A stretch of 21,722 nt of DNA from a virus (IMGVR_UViG_2778261217_000005); one strand, 5' to 3'; positions 1 through 10,057 are shown, counted from the first letter of the stretch. Notes: generated from the letters alone by a model not told the origin. Numbers and translations: made by a program.

Positions 1-1236
1 CTACGATAACCGCGCATTCAACATGGCTATCTGTTCGTCGTTCATGTCATCAATCCACATACCGTAAATTTCATACACCATCTGCGCAGTTTCATGCCCC
101 ATCTGGCTGGCTATAAATGCCGGGTTCGCTCCTGCCGTCAACAGCCAGCAGGCAAAAGTATGCCGCGTATGGTACGGATTACGACGGCGAATACCAGCAC
201 GTTTTACTGCTGCATTCCACCTTGCCCCCAAACTGCTTACCGAGTAATAAGGTTTTTGTTTTCCGTTACACACCCTGGGCATGAAAACAAAATGCAGTTT
301 TTGCTTTTCGGTTCTGCCGTACTCCCGATGATAAAAGGTGATTTCGCTTTTGCGATGATGCCCGGTCAGTTTGTATTGCTCCTTCAGTGCTTCAAGAGCA
401 GGCTGCAGTAGTGTTACTGTCCGGATCCCGGCATTTGTTTTTGGGGGACCGAACATATCAAGTATCGTCAGGTTTCTTCTGACATTCACTATTCCCTTTT
501 CGAGATCCACATCCTCCCACGCCAGAGCTGCCAGTTCCCCGTGACGAAGTCCTGAGTAAACGGCAAATTTCCACAAGTTCTGGCTCTGTCCTTTTTCACT
601 TTCCATTAATGCATTGAATTCTGTTTTAGATAACGGATCAGGCTTTATTCTGTTTCGCTGTAATTTTTTTACTCCTTCAAATGATTTGGTTGATATAAAT
701 CCCGACTGATACGCAAAACGCAACAGCGAACAGAGAAGGGCGATATAGTTATCAACTGTGCGCACGGTTCTTCCTTTTTTGTTGGATCTTGGATTATCCA
801 GGTAAAGCGTTTCTCCATGCAGCAGTTCATTCCGGTAGTTTAAGATATCGCTATAACGAATATGTGATATCGGGGTACTTTCACAAATTATTATTCTGAG
901 TGTTTTTAATTGTGATTTCGTTTTCTTCATTGTGTTTGTTGTTAACTCTGTCTCTTTAATTTTTGTCCAGATATCACAAAGCTCTCCGAACGTTTTTATG
1001 ACTCTCGTTGTCACCATTTTTGCCCCAGTGCTGGACTGGGGAAAACGTCTTAAATACTCAAATTCACCGGAGTTTATTTCATGAACTATCAGCGCTCTTA
1101 AATTTCCGGCCTTTTTAATATTACTGTTTGTAATCTCCCAGCCTTTTAATGTTTCCCGACATCGTTTTCCTCGAAACATGAACCAGATGCGAATGTATCT
1201 ACCTCTAATCTCGACACCTGTTGGTAATTTAGACAT
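1..1236 (-). CDS. intR: Tyrosine-recombinase prophage integrase (411 aa), stop codon at bases 1-3
   Basis: 411-aa ORF starting MSKLPTGVEIRGRYIRIWF; C-terminal RHTFA box and Tyr-containing tail typical of tyrosine recombinases; matches recalled Rac IntR. The xis stop lies 1 nt upstream of the int start. Confidence 0.9.
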   Translation of the reverse strand: MSKLPTGVEIRGRYIRIWFMFRGKRCRETLKGWEITNSNIKKAGNLRALIVHEINSGEFEYLRRFPQSSTGAKMVTTRVIKTFGELCDIWTKIKETELTTNTMKKTKSQLKTLRIIICESTPISHIRYSDILNYRNELLHGETLYLDNPRSNKKGRTVRTVDNYIALLCSLLRFAYQSGFISTKSFEGVKKLQRNRIKPDPLSKTEFNALMESEKGQSQNLWKFAVYSGLRHGELAALAWEDVDLEKGIVNVRRNLTILDMFGPPKTNAGIRTVTLLQPALEALKEQYKLTGHHRKSEITFYHREYGRTEKQKLHFVFMPRVCNGKQKPYYSVSSLGARWNAAVKRAGIRRRNPYHTRHTFACWLLTAGANPAFIASQMGHETAQMVYEIYGMWIDDMNDEQIAMLNARLS

Positions 1237-1237
1237 A

Positions 1238-1453
1238 TCATGAGTCTTTGATAAACTGATTTATCTTTGGATAGTTGTACCAGATAATCCCTCGTTTGCT
1301 GTCTGGCTTACCTAAAGGAGATACTCGTTTGAAGTGGAAGCCCTCCACCCAACAGTTCTGGCGGTATGCTTCAATTTGTCTGGCCCCCAGACCAGTGCGA
1401 AGCATCAGGCCGTATTCAACCATCCACTCTTCATTAAAGATTACTTGTGCCAT
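1238..1453 (-). CDS. xisR: Excisionase-like protein (71 aa)
   Basis: Internal Met start ([15 protein letters not shown]...) preceded by GAGGTG SD; position immediately upstream of int; matches recalled XisR/YdaQ. Confidence 0.75.
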   Translation of the reverse strand: MAQVIFNEEWMVEYGLMLRTGLGARQIEAYRQNCWVEGFHFKRVSPLGKPDSKRGIIWYNYPKINQFIKDS

Positions 1454-1531
1454 CGCATCACCTCTGGCAGGCGCCAATGTTAGACTGAAATTGACGCCCG
1501 ATGTTGATTATTAATAATCAGCTATGAAGTT

Positions 1532-1741
1532 TTAATTTGAATACAATGCAATTCTCGAGGACTGAAGTTTCTCGCAATTAAAATTTATCAGTTTTACTTT
1601 CTGCTCTCTGGAAACACCTGCTTCTTTTTTACCTGAGAGCATTTTTTCGCATTCTGATTTCGTTAGTTTAGATTTTGAATATCTTGTCCAGTTAGTAGGA
1701 GTGCCACCTTCCTTTTCAATAGTGGCGGTAATTTTATACAT
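1532..1741 (-). CDS. ydaC: Small Rac prophage protein YdaC-like (69 aa)
   Basis: Start chosen at MYKITATIEKEGG with GGAGGTG SD 5 nt upstream; the longer ORF start would lie inside ralR. Confidence 0.6.
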   Translation of the reverse strand: MYKITATIEKEGGTPTNWTRYSKSKLTKSECEKMLSGKKEAGVSREQKVKLINFNCEKLQSSRIALYSN

Positions 1742-1928
1742 GAACACCTCCATTATTATTTCCAGTGGTTCGTTTATTCCATCTTTCGAGTGCTTCTTTT
1801 TCACTTCCACCATAACCGGTTCGGGATTCGCATCCGTTACACTTCGCTCGGTAATATCCTGAAATGGCTTTCACCGTTACTGATGGACAACCACAAAATG
1901 GACATGGTTTAACATTGTCATATCTCAT
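1734..1928 (-). CDS. ralR: Restriction-alleviation protein / type I toxin RalR (Lar), 64 aa
   Basis: MRYDNVKPCPFCGCPSVTVKAISGYYRAKCNGCES... Cys-rich 64-aa protein matching recalled Lar/RalR; its stop overlaps the ydaC start by 8 nt. Confidence 0.75.
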   Translation of the reverse strand: MRYDNVKPCPFCGCPSVTVKAISGYYRAKCNGCESRTGYGGSEKEALERWNKRTTGNNNGGVHV

Positions 1929-1984
1929 AATTTTTCTCATAAAAAATATTTCAAGTTGGCGGTGCATTACACCGCCAGGCTGAA

Positions 1985-2794
1985 TTATTCCTCTGAATTA
2001 TCGATTACACTGTATTCCCCGGTTAATACAGAGGAATCTGCAGGATCGATTGTCAGTGGTTCCTTTTCATCCATTGATACTGCACGCTGGATCTCAATTG
2101 ATACGGGCAGATATTTGAACAGGCGACGAATAGCCGTTTTCTTTGCCATTTCTTCCCAGTGAGTTACCCACGGCCCGTTATTACCAGCTTTACTCAGGCT
2201 GCGCACCAGCTCAATCTGTTTGCGCGTCATAACTTCAAACTGAGTACCTCCGTCTTTCAGTCTTGCGACAGCATAGACGTGGGTAACCGGGGCATCTTCG
2301 TTTTCTCCCGGGCGGTGTATTAACTTTTCATCAAGGCCAAATTCGAAGCTAAACTCGTCACCTTCACGGACAACACGGGCTGACAGGCTGGCGATTTGAC
2401 CAGAACGGCGAGCCAGATCAATCATGCCGCGATAGCCAATGATTAGCTGAACGTTCTTTTTACCGCTCTTTTCGTTTTTATTACCAAAAGGCAGTAAATA
2501 TGCATGACCGAGGGCGCTACCTGGCTCAAGTCCGAGCTGTGAACACTGTACGATCGCACTGACAAAACTCATAGTGTCACAGTTTCCTAACGCCGGAACT
2601 TTACGAATTTCTGTGGTGGCGATACGGATCATACGTTCAGCCGTCATATGGCGTGGAAGAGCTGCTGCCAGTTGCTCTTTCATTGATGGCTGGTTAATAA
2701 AACTAATCACGTCGCTATTTTTAACTGCTGCTGGTGCACGGTTTCCCTGAGTTTTTTGCAGATCGGCTTTTGCGATTGGTGGTTGCTTAGTCAT
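1985..2794 (-). CDS. recT: RecT single-strand annealing protein (269 aa)
   Basis: Starts [16 protein letters not shown]...; matches recalled RecT; its start overlaps the recE stop by 8 nt. Confidence 0.9.
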   Translation of the reverse strand: MTKQPPIAKADLQKTQGNRAPAAVKNSDVISFINQPSMKEQLAAALPRHMTAERMIRIATTEIRKVPALGNCDTMSFVSAIVQCSQLGLEPGSALGHAYLLPFGNKNEKSGKKNVQLIIGYRGMIDLARRSGQIASLSARVVREGDEFSFEFGLDEKLIHRPGENEDAPVTHVYAVARLKDGGTQFEVMTRKQIELVRSLSKAGNNGPWVTHWEEMAKKTAIRRLFKYLPVSIEIQRAVSMDEKEPLTIDPADSSVLTGEYSVIDNSEE

Positions 2795-5387
2795 TTGCAT
2801 ATTCCTTAGCCCAGCGGGGCAGTGATAATGTCTTAATAGCTGGCCATTCATCGGTATTCAGGCAGTCAGACAGGGTTCTCAGATTGCGGTGATATTCCTG
2901 TTGACCTGCCAGTTTTGCTTCTTCGCCCATCATGAAAATTTCAACCGGATAACGTCCGCATTCAATAGTTGTGCTGGCAACCAGAAAAACGAAAGTTGGC
3001 TGCACTCCAAACTGTGCTTCATAACCGTCACTGTAGAATGCATCCTGAACGTGATAGCGGTAGTCGTAATAAGCGGTTTTGAATCGTTGAATATCCGCCG
3101 TAGTTTTCACGTCCATGATCCAGTGAAATTCAGGGATAATTTTGTCCGGACGGCACCGACACAAAATTCCTGTTTCAGGATCTTCCCAGTAAATTGATGA
3201 TTCAGCGTGTCCGGCGCTTTCAACAAGCCATTGCCCCAGCGGCAAAGCCATAACGCTTTGATACATGAGTTCAATTTTCCGGCCTTCTTCCGCAGTGATA
3301 ACCGTTTTTCCTGTGCTTGCGCATTCCATCAGAAACGCTTTCTCTTCTTCTTTTCCGGCGTTTGTACGGCGGTTAAATTCAGGTGCTACGATAAAGCGGT
3401 TACTGAATTCTTCCGGTTCAAGTACCCGGCAGTGGAAAGCGGTTCCTAAATCGAGCGTTTTTGTCTTTGTGGTGTCCACGGGGGCATTTTTACGCCACAA
3501 ATATAGTGCCGGAGTATCAGCAATGTCATCGAGCTGAGACTTACTGACACCGGGACCCGCGTGGTAATTCTCATTCGAAATTCCGTAATAAATACCTGGC
3601 TCTATGTCTTCTACGATTACGGGATCTGCGACTTCGCCAGTTTCATCACTGCAATCGCGATGCGGATCGCTGCCAGCATTCTCATTGTGCGGATGTTCAG
3701 CGCCTTCCATTTCCTCCGGATCATTTTCCTTAGCTTCAACCTGACTCTCTTCATCGAATGTTTCCTGGTATGTTGCGTCGCCCATCACCGCACCACAGTC
3801 AGGGCAGTTATCCCCGCCAGTCTGGCCGCAGGCATTGCAGGCTATTTCCGGTTCCTGTTGCACTACTGGCTCAGGTTGATTCATATCCGGGCTGGTTTTT
3901 TCCGTTTCTGGCTGGTTCTGGTACACACAATCGCGAGTCTGGATCCCCTTTACCCATTTCGGATCGTTCGGGTCGCTAATTCCGTCAACAAATTCACCAC
4001 GTGATGCAGCAAGCAATTTATCGGCATCGACAGGATTTTTTGATGGAATGTTTTTCCGGGCTTCATGGAGTTCTGCCCGCAGTTCCTGATATTTCGCATC
4101 AACAGAATTTACCTGTGACTGAGCATCCAGCGGCTGCGTGTCCTGATGATGTTCAGTTGCGTCCGGTTCCATTGTTTCAGCCTCTCCCTGTTCAACTGCC
4201 GTTGTTCCAGATGGTTGCGGTTTTTCTTCATCATCCTGTTTTCCTTCTTCTGTTACTCGCTGCGGCATCGGGGCAGAGGAGCGACCGCAGGCAATATCCA
4301 CGATTTCCGGATCAGGGTTGGCATGATCGGTTTCAGTCAGTACTTTGTTCAGATATTCAGTGACGTGCGCGGGGATGACCTCGATCCCAATTGGTGCTTC
4401 TTTTACGGACGCAACCACGATGGCGCGGGAATAATCCAGCCCGCCAGGCATGGTGATGAATTTGTCGCGGAAAACAGAAAAGGGCGGTTTATTTTCAGCG
4501 ATAATTTCCTCAATGCGTTTAGCGTGTGCCGGATGAAGGTTATAGATGTCCAGATCCATTGAACGGGCCAGTACGCCAGTGGCTACGTCGCGCGCCAGTG
4601 ACGTCAGATCGTGTACGAAACCTTCGCCGCGATCGGTGAGGTTTCCGCCGCCAGCATTAGCACCGGAAGCCGTGCGAGTGATGTGTGAAACACGATTACC
4701 CTTCATCCACTCTTTTGTCAGCAGTCCTCGATCGGTGTAGTCAGCGTTCAGGTATGCTTCGAAAAAAGCAGTTATCAGTCCCAGGTTTGAATTACCAGGA
4801 TTAGGGAAAACTTTGTCAGTGTCACGAACCAGTTTGTGGAGTTCGCGAATTTCCAGCGGGTCGAGCAGGCTGGTTTTGTGGGAAACAGCCAGGGCAGTAA
4901 CAGCCGGTAGTTCTTCAGCCCGAGCAATGTGTAATGCCTGGAGTCCGTCGCGTGAAACGTGCGTTACCGGTTTTTCGCTGCCGTGTTGAGCAAGCCAACG
5001 AATGGGCAGTTCCTGGCCAGAAATTGGGAGTAGCATATTCTCCTCAATCTCAGTCATGTCTTCGCCGTTGACGTTGGTATTGCCTTGATAGTGAGCGTTG
5101 TCTGGTGCTGCTCCCGGTTTTAGTTCCCATGTCATGGAGTCTTTGCTGAGTTGATAGCGTTCACTCCAGGTAAAATCGATCTCACCTTCAGCGGGCAGGT
5201 CATTAACGACAGGAAAATTCGTGGCAACAGCTTTAAAATAGCTGCTCAGTTTTTTACCTGACTTAACGATCAGGTAGTCCAGAGTGGCACAGGTCGATTC
5301 AAAATCGTCGCTTGCCCACAGGACGACGTCAGGTTCACCGGATGATTTTTTCGCTTTCCGTAACAGGAAGAGTGGTTTTGTGCTCAT
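2787..5387 (-). CDS. recE: RecE exonuclease VIII (866 aa)
   Basis: 866-aa ORF with acidic low-complexity middle region and C-terminal nuclease region; classic recE-recT pair. Confidence 0.9.
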   Translation of the reverse strand: MSTKPLFLLRKAKKSSGEPDVVLWASDDFESTCATLDYLIVKSGKKLSSYFKAVATNFPVVNDLPAEGEIDFTWSERYQLSKDSMTWELKPGAAPDNAHYQGNTNVNGEDMTEIEENMLLPISGQELPIRWLAQHGSEKPVTHVSRDGLQALHIARAEELPAVTALAVSHKTSLLDPLEIRELHKLVRDTDKVFPNPGNSNLGLITAFFEAYLNADYTDRGLLTKEWMKGNRVSHITRTASGANAGGGNLTDRGEGFVHDLTSLARDVATGVLARSMDLDIYNLHPAHAKRIEEIIAENKPPFSVFRDKFITMPGGLDYSRAIVVASVKEAPIGIEVIPAHVTEYLNKVLTETDHANPDPEIVDIACGRSSAPMPQRVTEEGKQDDEEKPQPSGTTAVEQGEAETMEPDATEHHQDTQPLDAQSQVNSVDAKYQELRAELHEARKNIPSKNPVDADKLLAASRGEFVDGISDPNDPKWVKGIQTRDCVYQNQPETEKTSPDMNQPEPVVQQEPEIACNACGQTGGDNCPDCGAVMGDATYQETFDEESQVEAKENDPEEMEGAEHPHNENAGSDPHRDCSDETGEVADPVIVEDIEPGIYYGISNENYHAGPGVSKSQLDDIADTPALYLWRKNAPVDTTKTKTLDLGTAFHCRVLEPEEFSNRFIVAPEFNRRTNAGKEEEKAFLMECASTGKTVITAEEGRKIELMYQSVMALPLGQWLVESAGHAESSIYWEDPETGILCRCRPDKIIPEFHWIMDVKTTADIQRFKTAYYDYRYHVQDAFYSDGYEAQFGVQPTFVFLVASTTIECGRYPVEIFMMGEEAKLAGQQEYHRNLRTLSDCLNTDEWPAIKTLSLPRWAKEYAND

Positions 5388-5458
5388 TGTTTTTTAACCT
5401 CAACTCAGATTAAAATTCGTTTTGTTCAGTGAATGATCTTGCCGGATACACACTGTTC

Positions 5459-5483
5459 ATAGCCTGCGCCATACGCAGGCTAT
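5459..5483. other. Perfect 10-bp-stem hairpin (ATAGCCTGCG-ccata-CGCAGGCTAT) between racC stop and recE start
   Basis: Inverted repeat read directly; T-rich on the + side (TTCTTTC), no U-run on the gene (minus) side. Confidence 0.4.
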
Positions 5484-5488
5484 TTCTT

Positions 5489-5764
5489 TCAGATTTCACC
5501 TTTTAATTTCATTGCAATTAGAGTTGCCAGAAATTCGGCTTTTTTTTCTGCGGGCAGATTCTTTCCGGTATGCACCAGGCACATTTTTTTGACACCTTCG
5601 TGAAGTGTTTTAACGTTGCCTGATGGACCGTCGATATCAACCACAGTGAATGGGGTTTCTTTATTTTCTGTTTTAATCACGTAGCCAATACGCTTTCCTT
5701 CCAGATTAACTTCGTGAACAATGTCATCAGTAGTTACAACAGTGGCTTCATAACTGATAATCAT
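5489..5764 (-). CDS. racC: RacC-like protein (91 aa)
   Basis: Start at MIISYEATVVTTDD with AAGGAG SD; matches recalled RacC. Confidence 0.7.
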   Translation of the reverse strand: MIISYEATVVTTDDIVHEVNLEGKRIGYVIKTENKETPFTVVDIDGPSGNVKTLHEGVKKMCLVHTGKNLPAEKKAEFLATLIAMKLKGEI

Positions 5765-5838
5765 GTTTTTCTCCTTAATTAAGGTTGAGCGAATCCCTGC
5801 CATTGCTGGCATAATTTCAGTTTCGCATAGTCAGTTAA

Positions 5839-6009
5839 TTAAAGTTCGTGTGCCATCTGGTCTTTTTCGGCACATATTTCACTACAATATTTTTTCATTT
5901 CCGTCGTTGGGATAACTCCACGCATGAAATGAAGTGGTCTTTTAATGCTTTTGCTTTCTTTAACTTCTTTATCGCAAAGGTGGTAAGCACATTTTATTTT
6001 CTTAGTCAT
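5839..6009 (-). CDS. ydaE: Small Cys-rich protein YdaE-like (56 aa); below the ORF-track size cutoff
   Basis: Hand-translated reverse strand: [56 protein letters not shown]; its ATG overlaps the kilR stop (ATGA). Confidence 0.65.
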   Translation of the reverse strand: MTKKIKCAYHLCDKEVKESKSIKRPLHFMRGVIPTTEMKKYCSEICAEKDQMAHEL

Positions 6010-6230
6010 CACCATGACTCCGCCTTTACAGGTAAACCATCACGACCGAGGAAGACTTTAATCATGCGGTCAGTAATGCATGTTTTTGTGGTCAGGTTAC
6101 GAATATATAGTTTTCGCTTTTTAATATTGTTTGCCGAGGCAATATATGTCCGGCCTTCATGAAGAACATAATCGCCAGGAGTCACACACTGACGTGGTAT
6201 TTCATCAGTTCCGAAGTGATGTGCAATCAT
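6009..6230 (-). CDS. kilR: KilR, FtsZ-targeting killing protein (73 aa)
   Basis: Start at [15 protein letters not shown] with GGAG SD; matches recalled KilR. Confidence 0.75.
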   Translation of the reverse strand: MIAHHFGTDEIPRQCVTPGDYVLHEGRTYIASANNIKKRKLYIRNLTTKTCITDRMIKVFLGRDGLPVKAESW

Positions 6231-6651
6231 AATTATCTCCATTTTTACAAATGAACTTTGTTGATGCGGTGCCTGGTGCCTCCAGGTGACTGCAACCAGT
6301 TAACAATTACAGTCGGCTTTCCCACCCAAACCAATAAGGACTAACATGACTTTTAACTGTGCCACGTGCGCTTAGCCGCATTCACCGCATCACAAAATTC
6401 ACTTTAAAAAGGGCGGACATCAGCCGAACTTCAAGAAAAAAACTGATGCCGCCAGGACTACACACAGCAATGTCGTTATTTACAACCGGAGGCGCACTCC
6501 CACCATTTAAATTTAACAGACAAGACCGACTCTTTATGGATATCGGAAATGCGCCTTCGTGTTGCGCCCAGTTTTATTTCACCACCTCCGGGCTTCGGTG
6601 GTTTCTGCTATACCCCTACAGCGAGAATATTGAATTAATCCAAATAATGGA

Positions 6652-6804
6652 TTAGCAAGTATTTCTGGCAAGCCAGCGAAGTGCGCCCGTTTCAGTTTTG
6701 AATGTCTTGCTTTTGGTATAAGTCATGGCAGTGAACGTTCCATCCTGGTTGGGGAACACGCCGCACACCAGGGATTCGTTGTTGCCGAGGTCGATTTTTT
6801 GCAT
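6652..6804 (-). CDS. ydaF: Small protein YdaF-like (50 aa); not in ORF track
   Basis: Hand-translated: MQKIDLGNNESLVCGVFPNQDGTFTAMTYTKSKTFKTETGALRWLARNTC; weak SD. Confidence 0.5.
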   Translation of the reverse strand: MQKIDLGNNESLVCGVFPNQDGTFTAMTYTKSKTFKTETGALRWLARNTC

Positions 6805-6814
6805 TTTGCGAATC

Positions 6815-6949
6815 TCACATCTTGTTGCTGCGTATAGCGACTTCTGCCTGCCAGAAATCCCAGTCGTTGCTGCGTAAAGCCTGCACAGCCTGGTTGTAAG
6901 TGATACCGCAACAATCCATCAAATACTGAACTACTTCGTAATGCACCAT
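6815..6949 (-). CDS. ydaG: Small protein YdaG-like (44 aa)
   Basis: Internal start MVHYEVVQYLMDCCGITYNQ preceded by AGGGGAGAG SD. Confidence 0.55.
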   Translation of the reverse strand: MVHYEVVQYLMDCCGITYNQAVQALRSNDWDFWQAEVAIRSNKM

Positions 6950-7117
6950 CTTATCTCTCCCCTTAACGCCGGGTGGCGGAACTGAAACCTGCTGCACTGC
7001 AAAATCTGAACCCTGCCGTCATGTTCATACGCCTCGGGCTGGCTACTTAACCCCTGACCACTGCCTGGTAACTCGAAGTATTGCCCTGCGTTCTGTGGGG
7101 CGGGGTGGGTTGGTAGG

Positions 7118-7170
7118 TATATAATGTACTTTGTGTTCATTGATGTAAAGTACTTTAAGTACATTTTGTG
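7118..7170. promoter_or_regulatory. Operator-like repeat cluster (TATAAT, ATGTACT, palindrome AAGTACTT, AAGTACAT) in the non-coding gap between ydaG and the repressor gene
   Basis: Motifs read directly; the same ATGTACT heptamer recurs in the racR-ydaS divergent region. Confidence 0.35.
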
Positions 7171-7239
7171 TGTAAAAAAATGAGATGGGATAAAGTGAAG
7201 CACAAACCCGGAGGGGGACGCTACCGGATTTATGCTGGT

Positions 7240-7659
7240 TTAAGAGGCTTTTTGTTTTTTCTTTCGTGCTAATTCTTCGTAAATTGCATTGTACTTCTGT
7301 TTTTTCTCCTCAAGAGTTTTTAAAAGTTCATCTGTCTCACTGTCAGGGAGCTCGTCCAGAAGGTCAATGATGATTTTTTGTCTTGGATTTAACTCCTGAT
7401 AGAAACGTACCTGTCCACTTTCTTCTGTATCCTCTCCCAAAAGATAGGTTGGTGTTGTTCCAATGAGTGTTGCTAATTCCCTTAATTTCTCTCGGCGAGG
7501 AATTGTTTCGCCATTAAACCATTTGCTAACCGCTTTTGGTGTTAATTTCATTCGACGGGCAATTTCTGCCTGCCTTCCATGTTGTTCATAACCAGCGTTT
7601 TCACAGGCTAGCGCAAGCCTACTGGCGAACTCTTTACGCGCTTTATCTTCATGAACCAT
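7240..7659 (-). CDS. racR: Prophage repressor, XRE-family HTH (RacR-like), 139 aa
   Basis: N-terminal HTH region (QAEIARRMKLTPKAVSKWFNGETIPRREKL), Lys/Glu-rich C-terminus; divergent from a Cro-like gene. Confidence 0.75.
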   Translation of the reverse strand: MVHEDKARKEFASRLALACENAGYEQHGRQAEIARRMKLTPKAVSKWFNGETIPRREKLRELATLIGTTPTYLLGEDTEESGQVRFYQELNPRQKIIIDLLDELPDSETDELLKTLEEKKQKYNAIYEELARKKKQKAS

Positions 7660-7738
7660 AAGTTCAATGATATTCGCTCTTGAATGTACTGTCAGTTCTG
7701 TTATAGCATGTACTCAAAGTTCACATTGTGAGGGTGAT
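7660..7738. promoter_or_regulatory. Divergent promoter/operator region between repressor and cro-like gene; two ATGTACT copies 24 bp apart (7684-7690, 7708-7714)
   Basis: 79-bp intergenic with TTGAAT and TATAGC hexamers and repeated heptamers. Confidence 0.45.
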
Positions 7739-7993
7739 ATGAACCAGAAAACACTTGAAGATGTAATCAAAACTGTTCGCGTTTCTGTTGTGGCCGACGT
7801 TTGTGGTGTCAGCCAAAGAGCAATCTACAAATGGATGGATAACGGAAAATTGCCTCGCACAGAATATACCGGCGAAACAAATTACGCTGAAAAAATCGCT
7901 CATGCATCAAACGGATTATTTTCTGCCGATGTAATTTTAACTATTGGCAGAAATAAAACTACTACGAAAAAGCTGATGGGAGTTGATTCATGA
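7739..7993 (+). CDS. ydaS: Cro-like HTH protein YdaS-like (84 aa from internal ATG)
   Basis: MNQKTLEDVIKTVRVSVVADVCGVSQRAIYKWMDNGKLP HTH; GAGGGTGAT SD. The longer ORF start at 7667 would lie 8 nt from the racR start and is unlikely. Confidence 0.65.
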   Translation: MNQKTLEDVIKTVRVSVVADVCGVSQRAIYKWMDNGKLPRTEYTGETNYAEKIAHASNGLFSADVILTIGRNKTTTKKLMGVDS

Positions 7994-8412
7994 AAATCAA
8001 GCATGAGCACATCGAGTCAGTGTTGTTAGCCCTGGCAGCCGAAAAAGGGCAGGCATGGGTAGCCAATGCCATTACTGAAGAATATCTGCGCCAGGGGGGC
8101 GGCGAATTGCCCCTGGTACCAGGCAAGGACTGGAATAATCAGCAGAACATCTATCACCGTTGGTTAAAAGGTGAAACGGAAGCGCAAAGGGAAAAAATTC
8201 AGAAACTGATCCCTGCAATTCTGGCAATCCTTCCGCGCGAGCTGCGTCACCGACTCTGCATCTTCGATACCCTGGAACGCCGTGCATTACTGGCGGCGCA
8301 GGAAGCGTTAAGTACGGCAATTGATGCGCATGATGATGCAGTCCAGGCCGTTTACCGGAAAGCGCATTTCAGCGGCGGCGGGTCTTCCGACGATTCTGTC
8401 ATTGTTCATTAA
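7990..8412 (+). CDS. ydaT: YdaT-like protein (140 aa), CII-like position
   Basis: MKIKHEHIESVLLALAAEKGQAWV...; its ATG overlaps the ydaS stop (ATGA). Confidence 0.75.
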   Translation: MKIKHEHIESVLLALAAEKGQAWVANAITEEYLRQGGGELPLVPGKDWNNQQNIYHRWLKGETEAQREKIQKLIPAILAILPRELRHRLCIFDTLERRALLAAQEALSTAIDAHDDAVQAVYRKAHFSGGGSSDDSVIVH

Positions 8413-8424
8413 GCAAAAGTTTCC

Positions 8425-9282
8425 ATGCTGTTTGTGCTTATTCTAAGCCACCGGGCAGCATCATACGGGGCAATTATGGCCGCATTACCATACATGCAAC
8501 TGTACATAGCTGATTACCTGGCTGACACCATGCATTTGTCAGCAGAGGAGCATGGCGCGTATTTGTTGCTGATGTTCAATTACTGGCAAACAGGAAAGCC
8601 AATACCTAAAAACAGGCTGGCAAAAATTGCCCGTCTGACTAACGAGCGATGGGCTGATGTTGAACCATCCTTGCAGGAGTTTTTTTGCGATAACGGCGTG
8701 GAATGGGTGCATCTTCGGATTGAGGAAGATCTGGCATCAGTCAGGGAAAAATTAACCAAAAAATCAGCCGCAGGAAAAGCCTCTGTTCAGGCCAGAAGAA
8801 GCAGAAAGGAAGCAGATGTTCAAACAAAACAAGAGAGAAATTTAACAGGTGTTCAAACAGATGTTGAAGTGGTGTTTGAACATGATGTCAACACAAAGGC
8901 AACTAATAAAGATACAGATAAAGATCTAAAAACAGATCCCCCCCTAAATCCCCCCCGGGGGAATCGAGGTGTCAAAAAGTTTGACCCTCTGGATATTGCT
9001 TTGCCGAACTGGATTTCTGTCTCGCTTTGGCGTGAGTGGGTTGAATTTCGCCAGGCATTGCGTAAACCGATTCGAACGGAGCAGGGCGCTAACGGGGCGA
9101 TACGGGAGCTGGAAAAATTCCGCCAGCAGGGTTTTTCACCTGAGCAGGTGATTCGACACAGCATCGCCAACGAATACCAGGGCTTGTTCGCGCCGAAAGG
9201 TGTTCGCCCTGAGACGTTACTCCGACGGGTTAACACTGTTTCGTTACCGGACAGTGCGATCCCGCCAGGCTTCAGGGGGTAA
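8425..9282 (+). CDS. ydaU: Replication protein YdaU-like (DUF1376-type), 285 aa
   Basis: Position upstream of DnaC-like gene; matches recalled YdaU; start not certain (no SD at 8425). Confidence 0.7.
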   Translation: MLFVLILSHRAASYGAIMAALPYMQLYIADYLADTMHLSAEEHGAYLLLMFNYWQTGKPIPKNRLAKIARLTNERWADVEPSLQEFFCDNGVEWVHLRIEEDLASVREKLTKKSAAGKASVQARRSRKEADVQTKQERNLTGVQTDVEVVFEHDVNTKATNKDTDKDLKTDPPLNPPRGNRGVKKFDPLDIALPNWISVSLWREWVEFRQALRKPIRTEQGANGAIRELEKFRQQGFSPEQVIRHSIANEYQGLFAPKGVRPETLLRRVNTVSLPDSAIPPGFRG

Positions 9283-9288
9283 CTGACC

Positions 9289-10035
9289 ATGAAAAATATT
9301 GCGACAGGCGGCGTTCTTGAACGTATCCGCAGACTGGCCCCGTCACATGTAACCGCGCCATTCAAGACGGTGGCGGAGTGGCGTGAGTGGCAACTTTCCG
9401 AAGGCCAGAAACGTTGTGAGGAGATCAACCGTCAGAATCGTCAGTTGCGGGTGGAAAAAATTCTGAATCGCTCTGGCATCCAGCCATTGCACCGCAAATG
9501 CTCGTTTTCGAATTACCAGGTGCAGAACGACGGTCAGCGATACGCGTTGAGCCAGGCGAAATTCATCGCCGATGAACTGATGGTCGGGTGTACAAATTTT
9601 GCGTTCAGTGGAAAACCTGGTACCGGGAAGAACCATTTAGCGGCAGCTATCGGGAATCGCCTGCTGAAAGATGGCCAGACAGTGATAGTGGTTACTGTGG
9701 CTGATGTTATGAGTGCCCTGCATGCCAGCTATGACGACGGGCAGTCAGGCGAAAAATTTTTGCGGGAACTGTGCGAAGTGGATCTGCTGGTTCTTGATGA
9801 AATTGGCATTCAGCGCGAGACAAAAAACGAGCAGGTGGTGCTGCACCAGATTGTTGATCGCCGGACAGCGTCGATGCGCAGCGTGGGGATGCTGACAAAC
9901 CTGAACTATGAGGCCATGAAAACATTGCTCGGCGAGAGGATTATGGATCGCATGACCATGAACGGCGGGCGATGGGTGAATTTTAACTGGGAGAGCTGGC
10001 GTCCGAATGTCGTCCAGCCAGGAATTGCGAAGTGA
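9289..10035 (+). CDS. ydaV: DnaC/IstB-like AAA+ helicase loader (248 aa)
   Basis: Walker [11 protein letters not shown], Walker B LLVLDEIG; AGGGGG SD. Confidence 0.85.
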   Translation: MKNIATGGVLERIRRLAPSHVTAPFKTVAEWREWQLSEGQKRCEEINRQNRQLRVEKILNRSGIQPLHRKCSFSNYQVQNDGQRYALSQAKFIADELMVGCTNFAFSGKPGTGKNHLAAAIGNRLLKDGQTVIVVTVADVMSALHASYDDGQSGEKFLRELCEVDLLVLDEIGIQRETKNEQVVLHQIVDRRTASMRSVGMLTNLNYEAMKTLLGERIMDRMTMNGGRWVNFNWESWRPNVVQPGIAK

Positions 10036-10057
10036 TTTTTACCGGGAGGAAATTTTA

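Noticed and set aside
3561-4740. Several plus-strand ORFs (147, 120, 138, 64 aa and others) inside recE
   Set aside because: Antisense to a well-supported 866-aa gene; low-complexity translations; typical shadow ORFs.
6359-6655. 98-aa plus-strand ORF in the kilR-ydaF gap
   Set aside because: No SD, odd composition, not membrane-like as expected for SieB, overlaps ydaF stop; kept only as part of a finding about the missing sieB.
6931-7203. 90-aa minus-strand ORF between ydaG and racR
   Set aside because: Lies across the repeat-rich operator-like region; the alternative reading as regulatory DNA is better supported.
7667-7738. Upstream extension of ydaS to the ATG at 7667
   Set aside because: Would start 8 nt from the racR start codon with no room for a promoter; internal ATG at 7739 has a good SD.
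8853-9428. 191-aa minus-strand ORF across ydaU/ydaV
   Set aside because: Antisense to two well-supported replication genes; no SD.
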